Shown here: one piece after another, positions 8,497-20,823 of the stretch
Numbering within the stretch: the stretch's first letter is position 1
How the letters are laid out: each line of letters starts with the position of its first letter
DNA from: Candidatus Bipolaricaulia bacterium
GTDB taxonomy: Bacteria; Bipolaricaulota; Bipolaricaulia; RBG-16-55-9
NCBI GenBank assembly: GCA_042219045.1
Contig: JBDGQO010000003.1
Coordinates: forward strand, 14,193 to 78,192
DNA: 64,000 bases
Direction: 5' to 3'
The notes under the pieces: model-generated
What the model saw: only the letters and a program-made list of their open reading frames with translations
Databases searched by the model: none
Told to the model about the DNA's origin: nothing
Program-made: the position numbers and the translations under genes

Positions 8497-11400
8497 TCAA
8501 TCGGTGGGCTCGGGGCTCGCATCAGATTGCGGCGCATAGAGTCCCGTGTCGGGATGGAACGCGGCCCAGGCAAACCAATACATTGTCGACGCCGAAACAC
8601 GCTCCAGTTCTGTGTCCTCTGTGGCCAGTGGACCAGTTTGGGCTTGGCCATCCCAGGACCACGTCGACCCCGTCTGCCGGTCGACTAATTGACTATCCTG
8701 GACCTGAAATTCCAGCGGTTGCGCACGTCCCGGCACGGTTCGCTTGAAGACGACGACGTCGTCGACCTTAGGGTCCCAAACGACCACAATGGGAGTGTCC
8801 CCAACGGCATCGTTGACGATCCGGTCCGCCTTGACAGCAGACTCCTTGTAGGCTTTGGTATCATCTTGAATGTGGAGGCCGGATACTTTCGCTTTCGGGA
8901 CGAGCCGGTCGTCGCTGGCCAGCGTTCCGAACGTGCCGTAATCGCTGCTGACGTAGTCGGCGTAGGGATGCTTCGAATAATTGCGGACAAATTCGGCATT
9001 CCCTGCTTTGTCTCCCAGGGGAGGCGACCCGCCAATGGCGACATCCGGTGTCGGTCGTGCCAGCACTTGGGCTTCGGGGTGATGCTGCTTCCACGTGCTC
9101 CATCGCGCCATGTCGCTCGCGATGCGCTCCAGCGGGTCAGATCGTCCCACAAGTGGGCCGATCATCGGCCGGCCGGTAATCTGTTCCCAAAACGTGCCGG
9201 TCACGCGGTCGTACATAACCAGATTGGAGTTATAAAGCCGGCCCGTCGTGCCGAATTCCGCCCGTTTACCCTGGAATTCAGGGCGCTCGAAAACGACGCC
9301 CGAGTTGCAGAGCGGACAGAAGGTGGCAGCGATGGGCGTCCCGCTGATCGTGTCGTTGACGATCTCATGGTAGTTCAGGATGCGGGTGGGATAGGCCTTG
9401 GTCCGACCGTCGTGCTCGACGGTGAGCACCACGTCATCGGGCTTGAGCCATTCACTGGCGGATTGAGGCGTCTCGAACCGCGGCGTGTCGATACTAGGGA
9501 TTCCGTCTGGAGGCTGTCCTCCGGAGCGCAAGCTCTCTCGGTCAAGCCATCCCGCGTAGCGGACGTTCTCCACGTTGACGTCGAAGCCCATCTCCTGGGC
9601 TTGATAGTCGGTCAGATACTTCCAGCCGAAGTCGCCACGCTTTACCTCGACGTTCGCGATGTTCGACTCGGCCTCGCTGGAAGCGGCATCCTGGTCCGTT
9701 GACGTCGTCGAGTTCGACCTCGAAGACGAGCTCGACGATGATCCTGATGAGGCCTTGGGCGCAAACAGCTCGGTCTCCGGATGGAACGCGGCCCAGGCAA
9801 ACCAGAACGTCGTCGTCGACGTCACGCGCTCAAGTTGGGCGTTCTGTTCGGCCAACGGCCCCGATTGGGCCTTTCCGTCCCAAGACCAGCTCGTGCCCGT
9901 CGTCGTGTCCACGAGCGTGCCGTCTTGGATCTCGAACGCCAACGGCTTGGGACGCTCGGGATGCTTGCGCTTGAAGACCACGACGTCGCCCAACTCGGGA
10001 TTCCACGCCGCTAGTACCGGCACGCCTCCCACGAAATCGTTGACCACGCCCGTCTCCCGCACTGCTGATTTAAGATAGGCCTTGGCCTGATCCTGCAGCG
10101 TCACGCCGCTGACCCTCTGCTTCTTGGCCAGTCGATCGTCCTCAGTGGCGACGGGGAACATCAGGCTATTGCGATCCTCGTAGCCGGCGTAGGGGTTGTA
10201 GCCGTAGTCGCGCACTTGTCGCGCGTCCTGGGGATTATCGGTCTGCGGCGGCTCGCCGCCCATGGCCACGGCCGAGGTGGGACGCTTGAGCACGCGAGCA
10301 TCCGGGTGGGCCTCCTTCCAGGTGGCCCACTTGGCCATGCTGTTGGGCAGTCGCTGCAGCTCGCCGAACTCGCCGACGAGCGGGCCGACCATCGGTGTTC
10401 CCTCGAGCTGGGACCAGAACGTGCCCGTGACGCGGTCGTACATCACCAGATCGGAGTTGTACAGTCGACCGGACGTGCCGAACTCCGCCCGTGTCCCCTT
10501 CAGCTCCGGTCGCACGAAGACGACGCCGGAACCGCAGAGCGGGCAGTACGTCGCGGCGATGGGGGTGCCGCCGATCGTGTCGTTGACGATCTCGTGATGA
10601 TTCAGGATCCGAATGGGATAGGCCTTCGCTTCGCCGTTGTGCTGCACCCCCAAGACGACGTCTTCGGACTTTAGCCACTGGCTGGCCGACTGGACCGACT
10701 GGAAGCGGGGGGCGTCGATGCTCGGAATGCCATCAGGCGGCGGTCCGCCGGACATGAGTTGATCCAGGTTGATCGTCGAGGCGTACTTGACGCTGGTCGG
10801 ATCGACGTCGAAGCCCATTTCCTTCACGCGGCGCTGCGAAAAATACTTGCCGGACAGATCTCCCCTCTTGACCTTTGTCGCCACCGCTGAGGAGGAGGTC
10901 TCCGGGCTCGCCGACCCGCTTTCGGCCCCGTTCGACGACGCGCTCGAGCCGCTCTTGCCGAGCAGCGCCGCGACGCGCCGTTCCAACTCCTCGGGCGTGA
11001 ACGCCCCGTTCTTGGCCGGCTGGCCGCCAATGGGCGCGATCTTGCCCTGCTCGTTGACAAAGAACGTTGTCGGCTGGGTGAAGAGCCGATATCCCTGCGA
11101 GACCTCGCCGTTCGGATCCATCAAGATCGGATAGGAGACGTCCACTTCCTCCTTGAGGAATTGCTGGACCGTGTCCTTGGATTCCATGAGATCGACCCCG
11201 AGGACGACCAGGTCGTCCGAATGTTGCTCGTAGACGTCCTGGAAGTGGGGCATTTCGGCTTTGCAGGGCGGACACCACGTTGCCCAGAAGTTGAGGATCA
11301 CGTTCTTCGTGCCCTGATAGTCGGCCAGTTCGATCATGCGGCCGTCGACCGTCTTGAGCCGAAAATTGGGAGCCGGATCGCCCACGTTGAGCTCGCCAGG

Positions 11401-11589
11401 CGCCTCCCCAATCAAGCCGAGTTCCTCGTTGGAGTTCGACGCCGAAAATGAGCTGGACGTCGTCGTCGACTCGCTGGAGATGTTCAGCACGTTGTCCAAG
11501 AACGCCGATCGCACCGACGGCACCAGGCCGACGACGCCGATCCCAATCACCACAACCGCCAATGTGAGCGTTAGTATGCCACGCTTCAT
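8497..11589 (-). CDS. Exported TlpA/ResA-like redoxin fused to two tandem DUF3179-like domains
   Basis: N-terminal signal/anchor; LNFWATWCPPC; two repeats of PPDGIPSID..AYP..IL.HEIVND..CPLC..FG..GRLYNS.LVMYDR..TG..W..FAW.AFHP; GAGGAGG SD. Confidence 0.85.
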   Translation of the reverse strand: MKRGILTLTLAVVVIGIGVVGLVPSVRSAFLDNVLNISSESTTTSSSFSASNSNEELGLIGEAPGELNVGDPAPNFRLKTVDGRMIELADYQGTKNVILNFWATWCPPCKAEMPHFQDVYEQHSDDLVVLGVDLMESKDTVQQFLKEEVDVSYPILMDPNGEVSQGYRLFTQPTTFFVNEQGKIAPIGGQPAKNGAFTPEELERRVAALLGKSGSSASSNGAESGSASPETSSSAVATKVKRGDLSGKYFSQRRVKEMGFDVDPTSVKYASTINLDQLMSGGPPPDGIPSIDAPRFQSVQSASQWLKSEDVVLGVQHNGEAKAYPIRILNHHEIVNDTIGGTPIAATYCPLCGSGVVFVRPELKGTRAEFGTSGRLYNSDLVMYDRVTGTFWSQLEGTPMVGPLVGEFGELQRLPNSMAKWATWKEAHPDARVLKRPTSAVAMGGEPPQTDNPQDARQVRDYGYNPYAGYEDRNSLMFPVATEDDRLAKKQRVSGVTLQDQAKAYLKSAVRETGVVNDFVGGVPVLAAWNPELGDVVVFKRKHPERPKPLAFEIQDGTLVDTTTGTSWSWDGKAQSGPLAEQNAQLERVTSTTTFWFAWAAFHPETELFAPKASSGSSSSSSSRSNSTTSTDQDAASSEAESNIANVEVKRGDFGWKYLTDYQAQEMGFDVNVENVRYAGWLDRESLRSGGQPPDGIPSIDTPRFETPQSASEWLKPDDVVLTVEHDGRTKAYPTRILNYHEIVNDTISGTPIAATFCPLCNSGVVFERPEFQGKRAEFGTTGRLYNSNLVMYDRVTGTFWEQITGRPMIGPLVGRSDPLERIASDMARWSTWKQHHPEAQVLARPTPDVAIGGSPPLGDKAGNAEFVRNYSKHPYADYVSSDYGTFGTLASDDRLVPKAKVSGLHIQDDTKAYKESAVKADRIVNDAVGDTPIVVVWDPKVDDVVVFKRTVPGRAQPLEFQVQDSQLVDRQTGSTWSWDGQAQTGPLATEDTELERVSASTMYWFAWAAFHPDTGLYAPQSDASPEPTD

Positions 11590-11674
11590 GATCGACTTTT
11601 CCTCCTCAAATTGAGCGTCGGCATCCTCACTCTAAGGTGGGAAGACGGGCGATGCCGTAAGGCGGCTTACACAT

Positions 11675-12559
11675 TCAATCGGTGACCTCGGCCCTCGGTT
11701 CACGTTCCGCCTGCGTCGCCAGATAGATGCCGCTCAACACGAGCACGCCGCCGACGACCTTCCACCACGTCAGGCCTTCGCCCAAGATGAAGAATGCCAG
11801 GATCGATGCGCCCACGGGCTCGCCCAGAATCAGGACGGCAACCGCCGCAGCCGAGACGTAGCGCAGCGCCCAGTTATACGAGCTGTGCCCAACGATTTGG
11901 GGCCCGATCGCCAACAGCACCATCCAGACGTAGGTCATCGTCGGGTAGCCGACGAACGACATCCCACTCAGCGCGGCGGCAATGAGGGTCAGCACGGCCG
12001 CCATGCCGTAGACGATCGCGATATAGCTGAGCGCGTCCATCTTGGCCCGCACCCGCTGGCCGATTAAGAGATACCCCGAGTGAGCGATGCCACCCAACAG
12101 GGCGAGCAAATCCCCTGTCAACGCACGACCGCCAAGCGACAAATCGCCCGATCCGATCATGGCGCCCCCGAGAACGACGAGAACGATGCCGCCAATCAGC
12201 GCACGCGGCAGCCGTTCGCGCAAGATGAACACCGAGCCGAGCCCGACGAAAATGGGGTTCGTCGTCACCAAGATGACCGAGCTGGCGACGCTCGTGAGCT
12301 GCAACGAACTGATCCAGAAAATGAAGTGAAGGCTCAAGAACGCCCCGCTGGCCAGCGACAACAGCCAGTCCTGCCGATCGAGGTCTCGGAGTTCGCTCCG
12401 GCGCAGCGCGAACGCGGTCGGTCCCACGAGCACGCCCGTGACCCCCAGCCGATAGGCGGCGATGATGATCGCCGGGGCCTCGGCCAGCTTGATCAGGATC
12501 GCGGCCGCGCTGATCACCCCGACCGCCACGAGCAAAACGGCGAAGACGCGTGGTTGCAT
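11675..12559 (-). CDS. DMT/EamA-family transporter
   Basis: About 10 TM helices in two EamA repeats; SLQLTSVASS, GHSSYNWALRY, LGEPVGA. Confidence 0.9.
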   Translation of the reverse strand: MQPRVFAVLLVAVGVISAAAILIKLAEAPAIIIAAYRLGVTGVLVGPTAFALRRSELRDLDRQDWLLSLASGAFLSLHFIFWISSLQLTSVASSVILVTTNPIFVGLGSVFILRERLPRALIGGIVLVVLGGAMIGSGDLSLGGRALTGDLLALLGGIAHSGYLLIGQRVRAKMDALSYIAIVYGMAAVLTLIAAALSGMSFVGYPTMTYVWMVLLAIGPQIVGHSSYNWALRYVSAAAVAVLILGEPVGASILAFFILGEGLTWWKVVGGVLVLSGIYLATQAEREPRAEVTD

Positions 12560-12622
12560 CGCGATTTTCTCCGGATCTATAATCCCCTCAATTTCACCAA
12601 TAACACGTCATGGAGGGAACCG

Positions 12623-13006
12623 ATGGCTTATCCCGCTGAGCTGAGATACACGAAAGAGCACGAGTGGGTCAAGGCGGAAAACGGCACCGTCGTCATGGGC
12701 ATCACGGACTTCGCGCAGGACGAGCTGGGCGACGTCGTTTTCGTCGAGCTTCCCGAGGAGGGAGCCGAGGTCCAGCAGGACGACGCCATCATCACCGTGG
12801 AATCCGTCAAGGCCGCGTCTGACGTGTATGCGCCCGTAAGCGGCACGGTCGCGGAGGTCAACTCGGACCTGGAGGATCAGCCGGAGCTCGTCAATGAGTC
12901 GCCGCACGACAGCGGCTGGATGGCCCGCATCGAGATGAACGACGCGAGCGAGCTGGACTCGCTCATGAGCGCCGACGAATACGAGGAGCATATCGGCTCC
13001 GAATAG
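12623..13006 (+). CDS. gcvH: Glycine cleavage system H protein
   Basis: Start at MAYPAELRYTKEHEW (GGAGGG SD); GITDFAQ, lipoyl motif VESVKAASD. Confidence 0.97.
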   Translation: MAYPAELRYTKEHEWVKAENGTVVMGITDFAQDELGDVVFVELPEEGAEVQQDDAIITVESVKAASDVYAPVSGTVAEVNSDLEDQPELVNESPHDSGWMARIEMNDASELDSLMSADEYEEHIGSE

Positions 13007-13091
13007 AACCGATGGGCATCATCGCGACGCCCGTGGTCGAGCGTTATACTGCCCCCAGATCCGAGCTCCGCAAGAAACGGAGGGCCCATCT

Positions 13092-14428
13092 ATGAGCGAG
13101 TTCATCCCCCACACTCGCGACGACCAACGCCGGATGCTTTCGGCGATCGGCCTCAAGCATATTGAAGACCTCTTTGCGGACATTCCCCGCGAGATCCTCG
13201 ACCGGTACGAGCCGCTCGGCATTGAGCCGCTGAGCGAGCTCGAGGCGAAACAACACCTGAGCGACCTCGCCGGAGAGAACGTCGACCCCACGCGCACCGT
13301 GTCGTTTCTGGGCGGCGGCGTCTACGATCACCATATTCCCAGCGTGGCCGCTCATTTGATCCAGCGTTCGGAGTTTTTCACCAGCTACACGCCCTACCAA
13401 GCGGAGGCCAGCCAAGGGACGCTGACGTGGATGTTCGAGTTCCAGTCGCTGGTGAGCGAGTTGACGGGGCTTGACGTGGCCAACGGCTCCATGTATGACA
13501 GCAGCTCGGCTCTGGCCGAGGCGATGCTCATGTCGCACAACCTGACGCGCAACCATCGCTTCCTGATGCCACAGAACCTCCACCCGCACACGCGCCAGAT
13601 CATCCAAACCTACGCCTGGGCGGCCGATCTGGAGCTCGTCGAGATCCCCGCGACCGAGACGGGGCGGCTGGACCGCTCGGCGGTCGAGGCCCACGCCGCC
13701 GACGACGAGCTGGGCGGGCTGCTCGCGCAGTCCCCCAACTTCTTCGGCGTCATTGAAGACCTGAAGGGCTTGAAGGATCAGCTCGGCAAGGCGAAGCTGT
13801 GCGTCGACGCCCACCCGCTGTCGCTGGGCATCCTGCAAGCCCCGGGCCACATCGGGGCCGACATCGTCGTCGGCGAAGGCCAGGCCTTCGGCGTCCCGCC
13901 CAGCTTCGGCGGCCCGCTGCTCGGAATGTTCGCGTGCCGCCACGATTACCTGCGCAAGCTGCCCGGCCGCATCTCCGGCCGAACCCAAGACGCCGACGGC
14001 AACGTCGGCTACATCATGACGCTGCAGACGCGGGAACAGCACATCCGCCGCGCCAAAGCCACGTCCAACATCTGCACCAACGAGGCGCTCTGCGCCTTGG
14101 CCGGCACGATCGCACTGGCCGCTCTGGGCAAACGGGGCTTCCGCAAGCTCGCCGAGCTGAACGCGCAGAAGGCCCACTATCTGGCCCGCCAGATCGAGCA
14201 ACTCCCGGGATTCGAGCTGGCCTACGACGCCCCGTTCTTCAACGAGTTCGCCGTGAAGACGCCCGTCCCGAGCGATCAGCTGCTGACGGATCTCCAAGAC
14301 CAGGGCTATCTCGGCGGCGTCGATCTGGCCCCCTACGGCCATGAGAACACGGTGCTGATCGCCGTGACGGAGAAGCGCACGCGCGATCAGCTCGACGGCT
14401 TCGTCGACGCCCTGAAGGAGGCGACAGC

Positions 14429-14432
<4 letters not shown>
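13092..14432 (+). CDS. gcvPA: Glycine dehydrogenase (decarboxylating) subunit 1
   Basis: FLGGGVYDH, SEFFTSYTPYQAEASQG, QTREQHIRRAKATSNICTN. Confidence 0.97.
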
Positions 14433-15925
<1,493 letters not shown>

Positions 15926-16058
15926 CGCGGTTCGGAGGCGTCGCCTCCTTGCACGAGAGGGCATAACGCGGGTTGCGAACCGAGCAGTCCGCTTGTACAA
16001 CAGAGTACCATCGAGAGCACACAATCGACTTGTATCGCATCAATGAGGAGGCACGCCA

Positions 16059-19000
16059 TTGCATTCGCCCGGTTACTATCGATTCCCGACGATCCACGGC
16101 GATCACGTCGTGTTTACCAGCGAGGATGACCTCTGGTCCGTTCCGCGAGTCGGCGGCACCGCCCGTCGCTTGACCTCGGGCGAGGGCAAGGTCGGCTATC
16201 CCCGGCTCTCGCCCGATGGGTCGCAGATCGCGTTCAGCGGCCGCGAAGAGGGCCACCGAGAAGTTTACGTCATGCCGGCCGAGGGCGGACCGCCCCAACG
16301 CGTCACCTACATTGGCGCCCCAACGATCGTCGTCGGCTGGGATCCCGACGGACGGATTGTCTTCGGCAGCTCGTATCGCCAACCGCTCAGTCGGCTCTTC
16401 GCGCTGTTCGCCGTTCATCCGGATAGCCGCGAGCCGGACCCGTTGCCGCACGGGCCAGCGCTCCATATCTCGTACGGGCCGAACGGCGGTCGCGTGATCG
16501 GCCGCTACGGCATGGTCACGCGCGAGCCCGCCCACTGGAAGCGCTATCACGGCGGCTTAGCGGGCGATCTCTGGGTCGATCGCGACGGCTCGGGCGCGTT
16601 CGAGCGCTTGATCCAGATCGACGGCAACCTGGCGTTTCCGCTCTGGGTCGGCGACCGCATCTACTTCACCTCGGACCACGAAGGGATCGCCAACCTCTAT
16701 TCCTGCCCGCCCGACGGCAACGACCTGACGCGTCACACCCACCACGACGATTACTACGTCCGCCATCCAGACACCGACGGCGAGCGGATCGTCTATCACG
16801 CTGGGGCTGACCTGTTCGTCTACGATCCCCGCTCCGACGCGAGCGAGCGGATCGAGATCGACTTCCCGAGTCCCCGCACCCAGCGGAATCGCAAGTTCGT
16901 CGACCCCAAGCGATACCTGGAGAGCGCGACGCTGCACCCGAACGGCCACAAGCTGGCCGTCAACGCCCGCGGCAAGGCATTTTCGTTGGGCAATTGGCGC
17001 GGGCCGGTCACGCAATACGGCGAGGCCGACGGCGTCCGCTATCGCCTCGCGCAGTGGCTCCACGACGGCGAGCGCCTCGTCATGCTGAGCGACGCCGACG
17101 GCGAGGAGGCCCTCGAGATCCATTCCGAGAACAGCCTCAAGGCGCCCACGCGCCTGTCAGATCTCGACATCGGCCGCCCGTCCTCGCTCCAGCCTAGTCC
17201 CACCGAGGACAAGGTGGCGCTGGCCAACCACCGCAACGAGCTGGTGCTCGTCGACCTCGACGCCAACGAGGCCCGTCTCCTCGATCGCAGCGATCACGGC
17301 ACGATCGCCGGCTTCGATTGGTCCCCCGACGGCCGCTGGATCGCGTACGGCTTCCCCGAAACCGAGCAGACGACGAGCATCCGGCTCTGCGATACCGCGA
17401 CGGGCGAGACCCATCGCGTGACATCGCCCGTGCTGCGCGACGTCGGGCCGAAGTTCGATCCCGATGGAAAATACCTGTATTTCCGCTCGTACCGGGAGTT
17501 CGACCCGGTCTACGATGAGCTCCACTTTGAGCTCGGCTTCCCCCGCGGAGCTCGCCCGTATCTCGTGACGCTGCGCTCGGACGTGCGCAATCCCTTCCTG
17601 CCCGAGCCGCAAGCGGAAGACGACAAGCCGACGACGGCGACCAACGACGACGCATCAAACGCCGACGATGGGGACGCGGACGGACCGGAGCCTGTGGAGA
17701 TCGAGCTCGTCGGCATCGAGGATCGCGTGCTGGCGTTGCCCGTATCGCCAGGGCGGTACCCGCAATTGGAAGCCATCTCCGGCAAGGTTCTCTACACGTC
17801 GTTGCCGGTCGAAGGGAGCCTCCATCGCCAGATGCTGAGCATGGGCGAGCCGCCCGCTCAGGCGACGCTGCACGCCTTCGACCTGAAGACGCAGCAGACC
17901 GAGACGCTCGTGCGGGGCATCACCGCGTTCCAGCTCTCGGGGAATCGGAGGCAGATGCTCTACCGCGCCGGCAACAAGCTGAGGGTGGTGAAAGCCGGCC
18001 AGAAGCCGGACGAGAACGCCGCTAAGGAACCGCCCGGCGAAAAGAGCGGCTGGATCGATCTCTCCCGAATCAAGATCTCGGTCACGCCGCCGTTGGAGTG
18101 GGCGCAGATGTTTGCCGAAGCTTGGCGCCTCCAACGGGATCACTTCTGGAACGAGGAGATGTCGAAGGTCGACTGGGAGCGGGTCTATCGGCGCTATCGG
18201 CCGCTGTTGGATCGCGTCTCCACCCGCGGCGAATTTTCCGATCTGACGTGGGAGATGCAGGGCGAACTGGGCACGTCACACGCCTACGAGATCGGCGGCG
18301 ATTATCGGCCCGATCCGCAGTACCCCCTTGGTTTCCTCGGCGCCGACATCGACTTCGATGGGGACAATGACGCCTGGAAGATCTCGCGCATCGTCCGCGG
18401 CGATCCGTGGGAGGAGCAGGCCGGCTCGCCGTTGATCCGCTCCGGCGTCAACGCCCGCGAGGGCGAGACGGTGCTCGCCATCAACGGCCGCCCCCTGTCG
18501 CGCGAGACCTCGCCCGGCGAACTGCTCGTCCACCAAGCCGGGACCGAAGTGTCCATCACCTTGGGCGACGAACGGGGCGAGTCGCCGCGAACGACGTCGG
18601 TCAAGACGCTCAAGAGCGAGGCGTCGGCGCGCTACCGCGACTGGGTCGAGGCCAACCGCTCGCTCATCCGCGAGCGGACCGACGGCCGCGTCGGCTACAT
18701 CCACGTTCCGGACATGGGCCCGACGGGATACTCCGAGTTCCATCGCGCGTTCCTGGCGGAGGTGGAGCGCGATGGCCTGATCGTCGACGTCCGCTTCAAC
18801 GGCGGAGGCCACGTCTCGGGGCTGCTGTTGGAGAAGCTGGCGCGGCGGCGCCTGGCGTTTGTGAAGACGCGCTGGTACGGCGCCGAGCCGTGGCCCGATT
18901 CGTCCCCCGCCGGCCCGATGGTGGCGGTCACCAACGAGTGGGCCGGCTCGGACGGCGACATCTTCAGTCACAGCTTCAAGATGCTCGGGCTGGGCCCGCT

Positions 19001-19307
19001 CATCGGGAAACGGACCTGGGGCGGCGTGATCGGCATCAACCCACGGCAACCCCTGGTCGACCGCGGGATTACGACTCAACCGGAGTTTTCCTTCTGGTTC
19101 GCTGATGCCGGCTGGGACGTGGAGAATCGGGGCACCGACCCGGACATCGAGGTCGAGGTCCGACCGCAGGACTACGCGGAGGGGGCCGATCCCCAACTGG
19201 ACCGGGCACTGCAGGAGATCGAGCGCATCCTGTCGGAAAACCCGCCGCTCAAGCCCGATTTGAGTGAGCGGCCGAGTCGGGAGCTGCCCGAGCTGCCCAC
19301 GGACTGA
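16059..19307 (+). CDS. tri: Tricorn protease (S41 family)
   Basis: 1082 aa; beta-propeller repeats, WKRYHGG, GELGTSHAY, PDZ region, DVRFNGGG, catalytic GSDGDIF, GKRTWGG; TTG start with GAGGAGG SD; no signal peptide. Confidence 0.93.
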   Translation: MHSPGYYRFPTIHGDHVVFTSEDDLWSVPRVGGTARRLTSGEGKVGYPRLSPDGSQIAFSGREEGHREVYVMPAEGGPPQRVTYIGAPTIVVGWDPDGRIVFGSSYRQPLSRLFALFAVHPDSREPDPLPHGPALHISYGPNGGRVIGRYGMVTREPAHWKRYHGGLAGDLWVDRDGSGAFERLIQIDGNLAFPLWVGDRIYFTSDHEGIANLYSCPPDGNDLTRHTHHDDYYVRHPDTDGERIVYHAGADLFVYDPRSDASERIEIDFPSPRTQRNRKFVDPKRYLESATLHPNGHKLAVNARGKAFSLGNWRGPVTQYGEADGVRYRLAQWLHDGERLVMLSDADGEEALEIHSENSLKAPTRLSDLDIGRPSSLQPSPTEDKVALANHRNELVLVDLDANEARLLDRSDHGTIAGFDWSPDGRWIAYGFPETEQTTSIRLCDTATGETHRVTSPVLRDVGPKFDPDGKYLYFRSYREFDPVYDELHFELGFPRGARPYLVTLRSDVRNPFLPEPQAEDDKPTTATNDDASNADDGDADGPEPVEIELVGIEDRVLALPVSPGRYPQLEAISGKVLYTSLPVEGSLHRQMLSMGEPPAQATLHAFDLKTQQTETLVRGITAFQLSGNRRQMLYRAGNKLRVVKAGQKPDENAAKEPPGEKSGWIDLSRIKISVTPPLEWAQMFAEAWRLQRDHFWNEEMSKVDWERVYRRYRPLLDRVSTRGEFSDLTWEMQGELGTSHAYEIGGDYRPDPQYPLGFLGADIDFDGDNDAWKISRIVRGDPWEEQAGSPLIRSGVNAREGETVLAINGRPLSRETSPGELLVHQAGTEVSITLGDERGESPRTTSVKTLKSEASARYRDWVEANRSLIRERTDGRVGYIHVPDMGPTGYSEFHRAFLAEVERDGLIVDVRFNGGGHVSGLLLEKLARRRLAFVKTRWYGAEPWPDSSPAGPMVAVTNEWAGSDGDIFSHSFKMLGLGPLIGKRTWGGVIGINPRQPLVDRGITTQPEFSFWFADAGWDVENRGTDPDIEVEVRPQDYAEGADPQLDRALQEIERILSENPPLKPDLSERPSRELPELPTD

Positions 19308-19353
19308 CGCTCAGGTTGCGCCCCCGTGAGTGGCCAATGCACGTGATGCCGAA

Positions 19354-20310
19354 ATGACGCTGCACTTGAGCGAGTCCGACGTCGAGCAACTGCTGAGCAT
19401 GCCCGACGCGCTGCGCGTCGTCGAGGACGCCTTCCGGGCGTGGGGTGATGGCCAAGCCATCAACCACCCGCGTCGGCGCATCCGCGTGCCCCAAGGCTTC
19501 CTGCACGTCATGGAAGCTGCGCTGATCGGCGACGGCGTCATGGGATTGAAAACCTACGCGACCGTCGCAGGCGGAACCACGTTCGTGGTTCAGCTCTTCG
19601 ACAGCGAGACGGGGGACCTGCTCGCCCTGATTGACGCCGATCGCTTGGGCCAAGTGCGCACGGGCGCGGCATCCGGCGTGGCAGCCAAGCATATGGCCCA
19701 CGAGGACGCCCGAACCGTCGGCATCGTCGGCACCGGCTATCAGGCGGAGGCGCAACTGGACGCGGTCTGCGCCGTGCGACCCATCGAGCACGTCCGCGCG
19801 TTCAGCCGAACGCCGGAGAACCGGGCGGCGTTCGCGCGAACCATGTCGGATCGGCTCAATGCCCATGTCGAAGCTGTCGAAAGCGCCGACGAGGCCGTTG
19901 ATGATGCCGACATCGTCGTCGCGATCACGACGGCAAGCGAGCCCGTCTTCGACGGCGACAGGATCAAAACGGGGGCCTGCGTGCTGGCCGCGGGCTCCAA
20001 CAACGTCCTTCGTCGGGAGCTCGACACCTCAACGCTCAAGCGGACCGAGCGGGTCGTCGTGGACGACCGCGATCAAGCCAAGCGGGAATGCGGCGAGCTG
20101 ATATCGGGCGCGGAGCGCGGGATCGTCCGTTGGGAGGCCGTGGCCGAGCTTCGGGATGTCGTGGCCGGACGCGAGGCCGGCCGGCGTTCCGATGAGGCGC
20201 TCACGCTGTTCGAGTCCCAGGGCGTTGCACTGGAGGACGTGGCCGTGGCGCGGCGTTTGGCCCATCTGGCTCAAGAGCAAGGCGTCGGCACGAGCATCCG
20301 CTCAGCTTGA
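19354..20310 (+). CDS. Ornithine cyclodeaminase/mu-crystallin family protein
   Basis: RTGAASGVA, GIVGTGYQA (Rossmann), FESQGVALEDVA; start may instead be the GTG at 19330. Confidence 0.9.
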   Translation: MTLHLSESDVEQLLSMPDALRVVEDAFRAWGDGQAINHPRRRIRVPQGFLHVMEAALIGDGVMGLKTYATVAGGTTFVVQLFDSETGDLLALIDADRLGQVRTGAASGVAAKHMAHEDARTVGIVGTGYQAEAQLDAVCAVRPIEHVRAFSRTPENRAAFARTMSDRLNAHVEAVESADEAVDDADIVVAITTASEPVFDGDRIKTGACVLAAGSNNVLRRELDTSTLKRTERVVVDDRDQAKRECGELISGAERGIVRWEAVAELRDVVAGREAGRRSDEALTLFESQGVALEDVAVARRLAHLAQEQGVGTSIRSA

Positions 20311-20324
20311 GTCTGCGGAGAGGT

Positions 20325-20717
20325 TCAGCGACGGATCTCGATGTGGACGCCCTTGCGCGTCGGATCGATGACGGCGGAAATGAGCGCGCTCAGCATGCTG
20401 ATCAGCAGCGCGCCGAGCAGCGCCCAGCCGAAGCCGTCGATGTCGATGCCCTGCACGAGCGCGCCCGTCAGATAAAGGATGAAGGCATTGATGACGAGCA
20501 TGAACAGGCCGAGCGTGAAGATCGTGGCCGGAAGCGTAAAGAGGACGAGAACCGGGCGGACGAAAGCATTGAGCAGGCCGAGCGCGAGACCCGCCCAAAT
20601 GGCAGTGGCGAAGTCCGCGACCTGGATGTGCGGGTGAAGTAGCGCCCCCACGGCGTAGATGGAGAGCGTCCCCGCGATCCATTGCGCCAACCCGCGCAGA
20701 AGCCGATCTTGCGTCAT
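20325..20717 (-). CDS. Four-TM membrane protein (YvlD-like, so-called phage holin family 4)
   Basis: LGLLNAFVRPVLVLFTLPATIFTLGLFMLVINA and GFGWALLGAL signature. Confidence 0.85.
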   Translation of the reverse strand: MTQDRLLRGLAQWIAGTLSIYAVGALLHPHIQVADFATAIWAGLALGLLNAFVRPVLVLFTLPATIFTLGLFMLVINAFILYLTGALVQGIDIDGFGWALLGALLISMLSALISAVIDPTRKGVHIEIRR

Positions 20718-20823
20718 GCCAAAACGATTGTAGGCTGTCGTGTCATCCGCGTCCAATTTGCCGTGCTTTGCAGCTCCAGCAAGCCGGATTTAAAGTGGCG
20801 CGGTTGGGCACGGGAGCTTTGCC

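Noticed and set aside
12560..12622. Glycine riboswitch upstream of gcvH
   Set aside because: The spacer is only 63 bp, holds a TATAAT promoter element and an SD, and has no aptamer consensus
20325..20717. Phage-holin-family annotation suggesting a prophage
   Set aside because: This 4-TM family is commonly chromosomal; no phage, endolysin or integrase genes are nearby
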